This document shows, in pieces, positions 28,229 to 37,802 of a stretch of DNA of 64,000 bases. A program made the translations under genes and the position numbers. Numbering within the stretch: position 1 is the stretch's first letter; every line of letters starts with the position of its first letter. This DNA is from Bacilli bacterium (lineage in GTDB: Bacteria > Bacillota_I > Bacilli_A > RFN20 > UBA1709): positions 352,001 through 416,000 of the forward strand of contig JBMNFL010000001.1 in NCBI GenBank assembly GCA_050949315.1, given 5' to 3'. The notes beneath the pieces were generated by a model. That model saw only the letters and a list, made by a program, of their open reading frames with translations, was not told where the DNA came from and ran no database searches.

Positions 28229-29933
28229 CGTTTTTGCCCTGAGTAAGGTTTTACTGAGATCACTCTTTGATTCTGGTAGTACAACTACTAAGAAAAGTCG
28301 GAAAAGACTAAGTAAAGTTGGTTATGCTGTTCTCATTTTACTTTTGGGTATCTGTGTTTGTTTACCCTTAGGTTTTGGGGCCTATAGTTTTGCACACATC
28401 ATCCATATAAATGGGGGCGATAGTACCGGCTTTTGGATGCTACTCATCCCTATTTTAAATGTGATTCTGGCAGTCATCTCCATTTTTTCAGTAATCAGCG
28501 TCTTCTTCTTGTCCATGGATAACGAAGCACTACTACCCCTGCCACTAAAGCCCTGGGAAATTATTGTAGCGCGCTTTTTAACCACTGTAGTCTTGCTCTA
28601 TCTTTTTACCTTAGGACTTTTTATGCCCTTTATTGTGGGGGCCGGTATTGGTTTTGCTGCGCCGGTTGGTTATTATTTTAACGGTCTACTCATTATAATT
28701 TGTGCCCCGCTTATTCCTGTTAGTATCTGGGGAATTATCCTTTCTTTAATCAACCGCGTTTTCGTTTTTTCAAAACACCGCGATTTCTTTACCTATGTCT
28801 TTGTTGGCGTTTCTTTACTCTTGAGTTTCAGTTTTAGTATATCTTTCAACTTAATTGCTCCTCAGATGGAAAGTTTTAATGAAAATCCGGAAGCTTTTAA
28901 TAGTTTTAATGAGCTTGTCGATAGTTTTATCGTTCCCTTCGCCCGTTACTTCCCTATTTTTAAACCGCAGATGCTGGCCTTATCTTCAACCAACTTTGGC
29001 ATCGGGTTTTTATGGGCTTTGTTAAATGTAGTAATCAGTGTCGCTTTTGTGGCTTTATTTGCTTTAATCGGCAATAAAATTTACCTTAAAACCATGCTGG
29101 GTAGTGGGGAAAGCAGTGCTAAAAAGAAGCGAATGGACTCCAAAGAATTTGATAAATCTTTGAAAAATCGGGCAATCTTACCGAGTTTGATTCGCAGCGA
29201 ATGGCAGCTAATTGTCCGTAGCCCTAACTATTTTTTAAATCTGGTGGCCATGGTCTTTATCGTGCCAATTGTTATGGTTTTGTCTTTTGTCATCGCTTTG
29301 GCTAGTGCTGGAGAAGAAGGAGAGACAGAAAATCTCATCACTTTAGCTAGAGAAAACCTAAACTTTGCTGATCCTTTAGTTTTTTCTATTTTCTTAGGTG
29401 CCCTTCTCTTTTTTGCCAGCATGAATATGATCTCTTCAACCGCTGTTTCTAGAATGGGTAAGGATGCTTACTTTTATAAAATTATTCCTGTTAAGGCTAA
29501 TACCATCATCTTTTCTAAAGTTTGCCTTGGTTGGCTCTTAAGTAGTTTTCTTTGCTTCCTAATTCTTGTTATCATCTTTGCTATGGGCATTCTTGAGTGG
29601 TATGAAGCACTTTTATTATTAGTAGTTGCTAATGTGATTTATCTCGGCACTAATTATTTTGGTTTCTACCTTGATTTAAGAAAGCCTAGACTTGATTGGG
29701 CGAACGAAACCCAGGCCGTTAAAAATAACATAAGTAGTCTTATCTATACCCTAACAAGTATTTTAGGGGTCGGGGTTATGATAGGCCTTAGTCTTCTCAT
29801 AAATTTAATTCCTATCACTTGGGGAACTTATCTCTATGCGGGAATTCTCTTTATTATTTTCGGTTTAATCACCCTTTATTTTTACAACAAAGGAAAGGCT
29901 CCAACCTTTGAAGTCTTTAAAAAGATACAGTGA
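28221..29933 (+). CDS. Putative ABC exporter permease
   Basis: Multi-TM; LLPLPLKP, STAVSRMG and DLRKPRLDW.NE..AVKNN motifs; overlaps the ATPase stop. Confidence 0.85.
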   Translation: MRNVFALSKVLLRSLFDSGSTTTKKSRKRLSKVGYAVLILLLGICVCLPLGFGAYSFAHIIHINGGDSTGFWMLLIPILNVILAVISIFSVISVFFLSMDNEALLPLPLKPWEIIVARFLTTVVLLYLFTLGLFMPFIVGAGIGFAAPVGYYFNGLLIIICAPLIPVSIWGIILSLINRVFVFSKHRDFFTYVFVGVSLLLSFSFSISFNLIAPQMESFNENPEAFNSFNELVDSFIVPFARYFPIFKPQMLALSSTNFGIGFLWALLNVVISVAFVALFALIGNKIYLKTMLGSGESSAKKKRMDSKEFDKSLKNRAILPSLIRSEWQLIVRSPNYFLNLVAMVFIVPIVMVLSFVIALASAGEEGETENLITLARENLNFADPLVFSIFLGALLFFASMNMISSTAVSRMGKDAYFYKIIPVKANTIIFSKVCLGWLLSSFLCFLILVIIFAMGILEWYEALLLLVVANVIYLGTNYFGFYLDLRKPRLDWANETQAVKNNISSLIYTLTSILGVGVMIGLSLLINLIPITWGTYLYAGILFIIFGLITLYFYNKGKAPTFEVFKKIQ

Positions 29934-31699
29934 AAGCTTGTCCTAAATACTTTGAGCGGCCCTCATTAGAAGAGGCGGCTAAGCGCTCCCAAAAGCCTAT
30001 TCCCATCATCCGAACAGAATTAAAGATTGACCCTAATCTACTTGACTATACTAAAGATAAGAAATACTTTATTCAAACCTTTGGTTGCCAGGCGAATGAA
30101 CGTGATGGCGAGTTTTTAGCTGGGCTTTTAGAACTCTGTGGCTACCAAAAAGCTAAATTGCGGGAAGAAGCTGATATCATCTTGCTCAATACCTGCGCGG
30201 TGCGAGCGGGAGCAGAAGAGCGCATTTATGGGGAAATCGGCCATATCAAAGCTTTAAAACAAGTTAAACCCGAGCTAATTCTTGGGGTCTGTGGCTGCAT
30301 GCCGCAACAAGAAGAAGTGGTAGAAAAACTTTTAAAAAAGCCTAAGACAGTTGATCTTATCTTTGGCACCCATAATCTTGAGCGATTACCCGACCTAATT
30401 AAAGAAGCCTACCTAAGTAAGGTTCCCATCGTTGAAGTCTACTCTAAAGAAGGCGAAGTCTACGAAAATCTACCCTCAGTTCGCTCCTCTAATTTAAAAG
30501 CTTGGGTCAATATTATGTATGGTTGCGATAAATTCTGTACCTATTGTATCGTTCCCTATGCTCGCGGGCGTGAGCGTTCGCGCTTGTTAGAAGATATTAT
30601 TAAAGAAGTTGAAACCCTTAAAAAGCAGGGCTATCAAGAAGTCACTCTGCTTGGACAAAATGTCAATGCCTATGGTCAAGATTTAAAGTTGGGTTATAAC
30701 TTTGAAGATTTATTAGTTGCTACCGCTAAAACCGGTATCCCGCGTATTCGCTTTATGACCTCCCATCCCTGGAATTTTACCGAAGGAATGTTAAAGGCTA
30801 TTCGCGATTATCCCAATATCATGCCGGCCATTCATCTTCCCTTACAAGCCGGAGATAATGAGATCTTACGCAAGATGGGCAGGCGTTATAGCGCGGAAGA
30901 ATACTGCAAACTCTATGATAGAATTCGCAAAGAAATTTCTAATGTCGCCATCACAACCGATATCATCGTCGGTTTTCCTAATGAGACTTATGAGCAATTC
31001 TCAAAAACTTTAGACTTAGTTAAGTACTGTAAATTTGATAGTGCCTTTACCTTTATCTTCTCACCACGCCCGGGAACGCCGGCCGCCAAAATGAGCGATA
31101 CCGTCAGTTTAGAAGAAAAAAAGCGCCGTTTTAAAGAGTTAATCGCTTTAGTTGCTAGCCATGCCAAAGAAAGAAATATGGCCTATCTTGGTAAAACCCT
31201 AGAGGTTTTAGTTGAAGGTCCTTCTAAGCGTTGCGAAGCCATTCTTTCCGGCTATAGTGAAAACAATAAATTAGTCAACTTTAAAGGTAAAGGTGACAAG
31301 AGTTTAATTGGACAAATCGTTCCCGTGAAAATTACCAGAGCCAAGAGTTGGACACTTGAAGGAGAGGTAGCCGTGGATAAAGAAGTTAAAAAGGCTGTAG
31401 ACGAATTAAAAAAGGCTTTTGATCGCGATGAACTGATTCAAGAATATAGATTGCTAGCCAATAAAATTGCCGAGTCAAGCGAGATCCAAACTCTTGAAAA
31501 GGAATTAAAAGAATTGCAGCAAAAACTCTGCAATTATCTTGATCAGAATTTAAAAGAATTATATGAAGAGACTAAGGAAAAGTATCAAGAACTTAAAAAG
31601 GTCTATCTTGAAAATCCTTTAGTAAATAATTATCAGGTTTTAAAAGAACAAGTAGATGAACTCTTAAAAGAGGTTAACGAGATTTTAAGTAAGCTCTAA
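29930..31699 (+). CDS. miaB: tRNA i6A37 methylthiotransferase MiaB fused in frame to a C-terminal YmcA/RicA (YlbF-family) domain
   Basis: TFGCQAN, LNTCAVR, CDKFCTYC and TRAM domain ending WTLEGE, followed by about 108 helical residues containing ENPLVNNY. Confidence 0.92.
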   Translation: MKACPKYFERPSLEEAAKRSQKPIPIIRTELKIDPNLLDYTKDKKYFIQTFGCQANERDGEFLAGLLELCGYQKAKLREEADIILLNTCAVRAGAEERIYGEIGHIKALKQVKPELILGVCGCMPQQEEVVEKLLKKPKTVDLIFGTHNLERLPDLIKEAYLSKVPIVEVYSKEGEVYENLPSVRSSNLKAWVNIMYGCDKFCTYCIVPYARGRERSRLLEDIIKEVETLKKQGYQEVTLLGQNVNAYGQDLKLGYNFEDLLVATAKTGIPRIRFMTSHPWNFTEGMLKAIRDYPNIMPAIHLPLQAGDNEILRKMGRRYSAEEYCKLYDRIRKEISNVAITTDIIVGFPNETYEQFSKTLDLVKYCKFDSAFTFIFSPRPGTPAAKMSDTVSLEEKKRRFKELIALVASHAKERNMAYLGKTLEVLVEGPSKRCEAILSGYSENNKLVNFKGKGDKSLIGQIVPVKITRAKSWTLEGEVAVDKEVKKAVDELKKAFDRDELIQEYRLLANKIAESSEIQTLEKELKELQQKLCNYLDQNLKELYEETKEKYQELKKVYLENPLVNNYQVLKEQVDELLKEVNEILSKL

Positions 31700-34600
31700 T
31701 CTTTCGTATTTTTGGACTATTCTTTTTAAGTCTTTTAAAAAGCGATTGGCATACTCTAGCCAATTTTTATCTTTTTTAGCAAGTCTTATACGAACACGAC
31801 CTTGGCGATAACTGACTAAAATATCGCGAGATATTTCATCACAAAGACGGAAAATATCAAAGCCGATGCCATCAAATTTAGAGACCTTTTCACCTAAAAC
31901 CAGTTCATAAAAATCTTCGAAATCCTTTATTTCCTCAATTAAATCATTATCGATAAAGATTTCGAAACGCCTTTTTTCTAATAATAATTTGACACTTTTA
32001 GGTAGACGACCATAAACATCGATCATCTCTTCTTCTAAGGCCTCTAATTGCTGGCTGTTTTTAACTTCCGCCATCTTTTTATAAACATCAATTTTATCAA
32101 GATCATCGGCGGTGAAATGTTCGGGTAAATAGGCATCAAGACGGTAATCAAGAGCAGGCTTTTTCGTACTTTCTTTAACTATACCTGTCTCTTTTTCTTT
32201 TAAGGCCTCTTGTAAGAGATGGAGATACATATCCATACCTACGGTTTCAATAAAGCCGGCCTGTTCACTACCTAAGATATCCCCGGCCCCACGAATGCTC
32301 AAATCCCTTAAGGCAATACGGTAACCACTGCCTAATTCAACAAATTCTTTAATGGCACTTAAGCGTTTGGTCGCCGCGGGATTTAAGATTTTCTTAGGAT
32401 TATAGAAAAGATAGGCATAGGCTAAACGATCGCCTCTTCCCACTCGCCCTTTGATTTGATAAAGCTGAGCTAAACCAAAACGATCGGAATCTTCAACAAT
32501 AATAGTGTTGGCACTAGGAATATCTAGACCATTTTCAATAATTGTGGTACAGATCATCACATTGGCTAAACCCTTATTAAAATCTATCATCGCATCTTCA
32601 ATCTGCTCATGATTCATCCGCCCATGGACAACAATAACCTTAGCATCAGGAACCATCTTCCTAACCTTATTTGCTAAGGTAAAAATATCACTGATGCGAT
32701 TATGCAGATAGAAAACCTGACCATGACGGCTCAATTCTCTTTCAATAATCTCTTTAATTAGCCGTTCTGACTTTTCTAAAACATAGGTTTGAATAGGCAT
32801 GCGGTTGCGCGGAGGCGTATCAATTTGCGAGAAACTCTTAAGCCCAATTAAGGCCGTCTGTAAAGTTCTAGGAATTGGGGTAGCCGATAAGGTTAAAACA
32901 TCAATGCTTTCTTTAAGCTCTTTGATTTTTTCCTTGTGTTCAACCCCAAAGCGCTGCTCCTCATCGACAATTAATAAACCTAAATCCTTAAACTCAACAT
33001 CCTTAGATAATAAACGGTGAGTGCCTATTAAAAAGTTTAGTTCGCCTTTTTGAAGTTCATCAAGGTATTTATTTTGCTCATTAAGTGGCACTAAACGACT
33101 TAAAACACCGATATTGATAGGGAAATTTTGGAAACGTTCTTTAGCGACCTCATAGTGTTGACGGGCTAGGATGGTAGTTGGACAAAGCAAGGCCACTTGT
33201 TTACCATTGAGAATGGCTTTAAAAGCGGCAATAAAAGCGACCTCGGTCTTACCAAAACCCACATCACCGCAGAGCAAACGATCCATAGGATAAGGCTTTT
33301 CCATATCCTCTTTGATTTCTTGTACTGCTCTTTTTTGATCTCTAGTCAGTTCATAGGGAAAGGAATTTTCAAATTGCCGTTGCCATTCTTCATCAGGCGC
33401 ACAGGCAAAACCAACTTTTTCACTGCGTTTAAGATATAAACTCATCAAACGATCGCTTATTTCACCAATGCGTTGCTTAATTTTGGTTTTAGTCTTCAGC
33501 CACTCATTACTACCAAGTTTGCTCAAGCGCGGGCTGGCTCCTTGTTTAGAAACATACTTACGTACTACTTTAAACTGGGCTAAAGGAACATATAGATCCT
33601 CATTGTTACGGTAGGCAATATGTAAATAATCCCTATGTATTCCCTGATTTTCAATGGTTTTGATGCCTAAAAACTGGCCAATACCATAGACTTCATGAAC
33701 GACATAATCCCCTAAATCTAAGTTATCGTAAGATTGTAAAACCTGAGCATCACGATAGCGGGTATAACTGCGCCTTGATCTTAATTGTTGACCAAAAATT
33801 TCTAAGGGTGAAAGAAAGATATAGCCTTCATTTACTAACTCAAAGCCCTCTTTAAAAGGAAAATCACTGTAAGATAAAGAATCTCTAGGCAAGGACTTTT
33901 TGCCATCATAGTAGCTGAGTTCATAACCCCAATCTTTAAACCAGTTTTTAACACAGGCAATTTGATTAGGATTATCAAGGCATAAAATCAAGCGATAATG
34001 TCTTCTTAAGTACTCCTCAACAATCAGTTTTAATTGTTGGGCATTGCCATTCGCTCCCTCAACTTCACGTAAGGGGAATTCGACATCACTTTCACTTCTT
34101 CTAAAAATCTCAATACTGGTTTTATTAGGAATTTTATTTAAGATAGTTGACAAAGGAAAATGCAGAATAAAAGAGGTGTCTTCACGCTCTTTTAAATATT
34201 CAAAACTTTCCTCAGTCAACAAGCGGAAATTCTCTTGAATCTCTTTTAGGTGGGAATAGATAACTCGCGCCTCTTTAGCGTAATCAAAAAGGCAGCCTAC
34301 TTTTTTAGAAACCTGACTGTAGTATTTATAAAGGGTGGAATAAGATTCCTGCTTACTTAAACTTTCTAAATCTTTAACTTTATGTTCATAGTCTAAACTA
34401 GCAGTATCAAGTTTGGCTCTTAACTCATTAAGCTTACTTTGATAATAAATTTCATCAACAATTAAATCAGTAGCGGCAATAATTTTCGCCTTATCAACCA
34501 TCTTAACCGTCCTTTGACTATCAAGATCAAAGAAACGAATGCTTTCAATCTCATCCCCAAAAAACTCAATTCTTAAAGGCAATTCATTATTAACTGAATA

Positions 34601-35131
34601 GATATCTAAAACCCCACCACGACGCGCGAATTCTAAAGAGTGGGTAATTTTGTTCACTCTTTGATAACCTATACTAACTAACTTAGCCATAAACTCCTCT
34701 AAGTTAAGCTGGCTATTAACTTGAAGATCAATTTGGCTAGCTTTAAAGAGTTCATAAGTTGGTAGTAAGCGACTAATGGCAGCGGTATGAGTTATTAGTA
34801 AATAGTTTTCTTCGGTTAGTAACTTATCTAATACATAAAGGCGCTGAGTTAATAGTTCTGGCGAAGAGGCTAAGGCTTCAATTCGAAAAGATTCATCAAC
34901 AGGGAAAAAAAGGCAGTGCTCATAGTCCACTAGCCCTTCTAGACGTTCATAGAGTTGTTGGGCAGCAAAGAGATTATTTTTAACAATAATCATCTTTTGC
35001 TTATTCGCCCAAAAAGAAGCCGCAATTAAAAGGGCTTCTTGACTGCGATCATTGGCAATAATGCGTTTTTGACCAGCGCTTAAAGCCTTAACTGCCGGAA
35101 AGTCTTGTAAAAGTTCAAGCAGGGCTTTCAT
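31685..35131 (-). CDS. mfd: Transcription-repair coupling factor
   Basis: GDYVVHE.YGIG (RID), GDVGFGKT, DEEQRFGV, SATPIPRT, QIKGRVGR and TRCF C-terminus; probable start ATG 35131. Confidence 0.97.
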   Translation of the reverse strand: MKALLELLQDFPAVKALSAGQKRIIANDRSQEALLIAASFWANKQKMIIVKNNLFAAQQLYERLEGLVDYEHCLFFPVDESFRIEALASSPELLTQRLYVLDKLLTEENYLLITHTAAISRLLPTYELFKASQIDLQVNSQLNLEEFMAKLVSIGYQRVNKITHSLEFARRGGVLDIYSVNNELPLRIEFFGDEIESIRFFDLDSQRTVKMVDKAKIIAATDLIVDEIYYQSKLNELRAKLDTASLDYEHKVKDLESLSKQESYSTLYKYYSQVSKKVGCLFDYAKEARVIYSHLKEIQENFRLLTEESFEYLKEREDTSFILHFPLSTILNKIPNKTSIEIFRRSESDVEFPLREVEGANGNAQQLKLIVEEYLRRHYRLILCLDNPNQIACVKNWFKDWGYELSYYDGKKSLPRDSLSYSDFPFKEGFELVNEGYIFLSPLEIFGQQLRSRRSYTRYRDAQVLQSYDNLDLGDYVVHEVYGIGQFLGIKTIENQGIHRDYLHIAYRNNEDLYVPLAQFKVVRKYVSKQGASPRLSKLGSNEWLKTKTKIKQRIGEISDRLMSLYLKRSEKVGFACAPDEEWQRQFENSFPYELTRDQKRAVQEIKEDMEKPYPMDRLLCGDVGFGKTEVAFIAAFKAILNGKQVALLCPTTILARQHYEVAKERFQNFPINIGVLSRLVPLNEQNKYLDELQKGELNFLIGTHRLLSKDVEFKDLGLLIVDEEQRFGVEHKEKIKELKESIDVLTLSATPIPRTLQTALIGLKSFSQIDTPPRNRMPIQTYVLEKSERLIKEIIERELSRHGQVFYLHNRISDIFTLANKVRKMVPDAKVIVVHGRMNHEQIEDAMIDFNKGLANVMICTTIIENGLDIPSANTIIVEDSDRFGLAQLYQIKGRVGRGDRLAYAYLFYNPKKILNPAATKRLSAIKEFVELGSGYRIALRDLSIRGAGDILGSEQAGFIETVGMDMYLHLLQEALKEKETGIVKESTKKPALDYRLDAYLPEHFTADDLDKIDVYKKMAEVKNSQQLEALEEEMIDVYGRLPKSVKLLLEKRRFEIFIDNDLIEEIKDFEDFYELVLGEKVSKFDGIGFDIFRLCDEISRDILVSYRQGRVRIRLAKKDKNWLEYANRFLKDLKRIVQKYERLELT

Positions 35132-35717
35132 TACGTGGCTCAACCTTGTCCTTTTTATTGTATTTATTCATCACTTTATCAAAGGGTTCTTTTAACCAAT
35201 CTAAAATGGCATTACTGGCTTGAACAATCGCCTCTTTGATAAGCACCTGTTCTTCTTTATTTAATTTACCTAAAACATAATCACTAACTGGAATTAGATT
35301 ATCTTTAGCAATACCGATTCTTAAGCGTTTATACTCTTCACTTTCTAAGTAAGCGTTGATGCTTTCAATGCCTTTATGACCACCACTAGCACAGTGTTCT
35401 CTTAGGCGTAGCTGTCCCGTTTTTAAATCTAAATCATCGCTGATAACTAAGATGTTTTCTTTTTCAATTTTAAAATAATCAACAAATTTTTTAACCGCCA
35501 AACCTGAGTTATTCATATAGTTCTGGGGCTTTAAGAAGATGACATCTTCTGAGCCAATTTTGGTCTTGACATACAAAGAATTGAAGCGACTTTTCTCGGG
35601 TCCTAAATCATTATGACTTAAAAGATAATCAATGACCATAAAGCCGATATTATGGCGTGTCAAAGCATACTCGTTTCCGGGATTTCCAAGACCAACAATC
35701 AATTTCATTTTCATCAT
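35115..35717 (-). CDS. pth: Peptidyl-tRNA hydrolase
   Basis: LIVGLGNPG.EY..TRHNIGF, KPQNYMNNSG and GGHKG motifs. Confidence 0.97.
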   Translation of the reverse strand: MMKMKLIVGLGNPGNEYALTRHNIGFMVIDYLLSHNDLGPEKSRFNSLYVKTKIGSEDVIFLKPQNYMNNSGLAVKKFVDYFKIEKENILVISDDLDLKTGQLRLREHCASGGHKGIESINAYLESEEYKRLRIGIAKDNLIPVSDYVLGKLNKEEQVLIKEAIVQASNAILDWLKEPFDKVMNKYNKKDKVEPRNESPA

Positions 35718-35737
35718 CCTCTCATTTAAGATTCACT

Positions 35738-36472
35738 CTATTTTTTAGATACTTTTTGTTTATTTAAGTTTTTTAGAATATCCACTTCTTTACTTGTTAA
35801 TTCACGATAAGCTCCTAGCCTTAAAGTTGATACTTCTAAACCGGCAAAAGAACGACGATATAAGCTTACAACTTCACTACCCAAGGCTTCAATCAAACGT
35901 TTAATAAGATGCTTACGTCCCTCAACAACTTCTAGTTCCAGTTTGCTTAAATTCAACTCTTCGTTATAACTAAGCAAGCTAGCTTTTGTAACTTTAGCTA
36001 AGCCATCGCTTAAGATAAGACCCTTCCTTAATTTGTCAAGATCACTATCATCTAATCTACCAAGACATTGGACCTGATAGACCTTAGTTATACCATAGCG
36101 TGGATGCATGAGCTTGTTAGCAAGTTCACCATCATTGGTCATAATAAGGGCCCCTGTAGTATCAAAGTCCAGCCGCCCAATAGGGAAGATCCGCTCTGGG
36201 ACCTTTTTAAAATAATTCATAATAGTTGGACGCTTGCGATCATCAGAAACCGTACTTAAACAGTTCTTAGGTTTATGGAAGAGAAAGTAAACAAAAGTTT
36301 CTCTTTCTAAAGGCTTATCATCAATCATGATTTTGGCACCTTTATCAACCTTAGTTCCTAGAACATCGCAGACCTTTCCATCGACCTTAACCCGTCCCGC
36401 CTGAATTAACTCTTCAGCTTTCCTACGGGAACAAAAACCTGATTGAGCGATAACTTTTTGTAAACGTTCCAT
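35738..36472 (-). CDS. rluB: rRNA pseudouridine synthase (RluB/RsuA family)
   Basis: S4 domain MERLQKVIA..G.CSRR; catalytic GRLD. Confidence 0.9.
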   Translation of the reverse strand: MERLQKVIAQSGFCSRRKAEELIQAGRVKVDGKVCDVLGTKVDKGAKIMIDDKPLERETFVYFLFHKPKNCLSTVSDDRKRPTIMNYFKKVPERIFPIGRLDFDTTGALIMTNDGELANKLMHPRYGITKVYQVQCLGRLDDSDLDKLRKGLILSDGLAKVTKASLLSYNEELNLSKLELEVVEGRKHLIKRLIEALGSEVVSLYRRSFAGLEVSTLRLGAYRELTSKEVDILKNLNKQKVSKK

Positions 36473-37797
36473 TACAAGCCTGCGATAACTAAACCCTTAA
36501 TCCAAGCCGATGGACCCTTGATACTGGGATTAAAATAGAAGTCTTGCTCATCGCTTAATTCCACTAAATTATGGAGCATGGTATAAAGATTACCAGCAAC
36601 GGTTATCACACTGACTGGGCGTTCTTTTTGACCGTTTTTAATCACATAACCACTGGCCTGTAAGGAGAAGTTGCCCGAGATGGAATCAAGCCCAGCATGC
36701 ATACCTTGAAGTTCCGTAATATAAAGTCCATCTTGCATTTTAGCAAAGAGTTCTTCTTTCTTGCTCTTACCAGCAACTAAGTAGGCATTGCGAACACTGA
36801 TACCCACCACACCACCACTGCGATAACCATTACCCGTTGATTTAACATCATCTTTTAAAGCCCGTTTGAGATTATAAAGATAAGTTTTTAAAACACCTTT
36901 TTCAATAATGGTCTTGGGTTTAGTAGCTACCCCTTCATCATCAAAGCCCGTACTGACAATAGAATTTTCTAACCACGGATCTTCAATGAGCGTGAAATTA
37001 TCGCCCCCAACCTTAGTTCCTAATTTATCTTTCCAAATAGAAAAGCCATCTTGAATGTTGCTGGCGTAGCAATTGCTAACCACAAAACCCAGTAAAGCTG
37101 ACATCATCTTAGCATCTAAGACCACATCATAAGGACCAGACTTAACCGCCTTACTACCTAATTTTGAAAGGGCCTCATCACAGGCTTCCTTAACAATTTT
37201 AGAAGTGTTCAGTTTTTGAAAATCATTATCAACAAAGATATAACTTCCCGTCTTATCCTCATTATCCTTACGGGCCACAACATCAAGATAGTAGACAATT
37301 TGATTGTTCTCTCTTGTCAAATTAAGTCCTTTATCATTGATAATAGTCACCTTGGAACTGGCCTCGCTATAGCTATTAGAAGCCACTTCCACAATGGCAG
37401 GATTATAAGCCAAAGCCTCTTTTTCAATCTGCTTAATAAAAGCAATTTTCTCTGCCATAGAAACCTCAGCTAAAGCAGGATTAAAGACATTGATCTTTTT
37501 ATATTCTTTATCACCCGCATAAATACTAACTTTATCACTAGAAGTGATAAGCTTGGCGTTTTTAATGATATTATCAACTAGAAATTTAGCAGTTTTATTA
37601 TCGTATTTTTCAGCGCGAACATAGCCCATCTTGCCCTCAAAAATACCCCGAGCGGAAAGCATAAAATCGCTGTTAATACGATAATCATCAATCTCACTAT
37701 GGAAAAGACTAACCGCCACTTCTCTTCCTTCATAGATATAGAGTTCTAAACTCTCAATCCCCTTGCTTTTAGCTAATTCAAAAATTTCTTTGTACAT
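36472..37797 (-). CDS. TldE/PmbA family protein
   Basis: FDDEG, GNG.R and SGNFS motifs without HExxxH; paired with tldD. Confidence 0.9.
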   Translation of the reverse strand: MYKEIFELAKSKGIESLELYIYEGREVAVSLFHSEIDDYRINSDFMLSARGIFEGKMGYVRAEKYDNKTAKFLVDNIIKNAKLITSSDKVSIYAGDKEYKKINVFNPALAEVSMAEKIAFIKQIEKEALAYNPAIVEVASNSYSEASSKVTIINDKGLNLTRENNQIVYYLDVVARKDNEDKTGSYIFVDNDFQKLNTSKIVKEACDEALSKLGSKAVKSGPYDVVLDAKMMSALLGFVVSNCYASNIQDGFSIWKDKLGTKVGGDNFTLIEDPWLENSIVSTGFDDEGVATKPKTIIEKGVLKTYLYNLKRALKDDVKSTGNGYRSGGVVGISVRNAYLVAGKSKKEELFAKMQDGLYITELQGMHAGLDSISGNFSLQASGYVIKNGQKERPVSVITVAGNLYTMLHNLVELSDEQDFYFNPSIKGPSAWIKGLVIAGL

Positions 37798-37802
37798 AAA
37801 GT

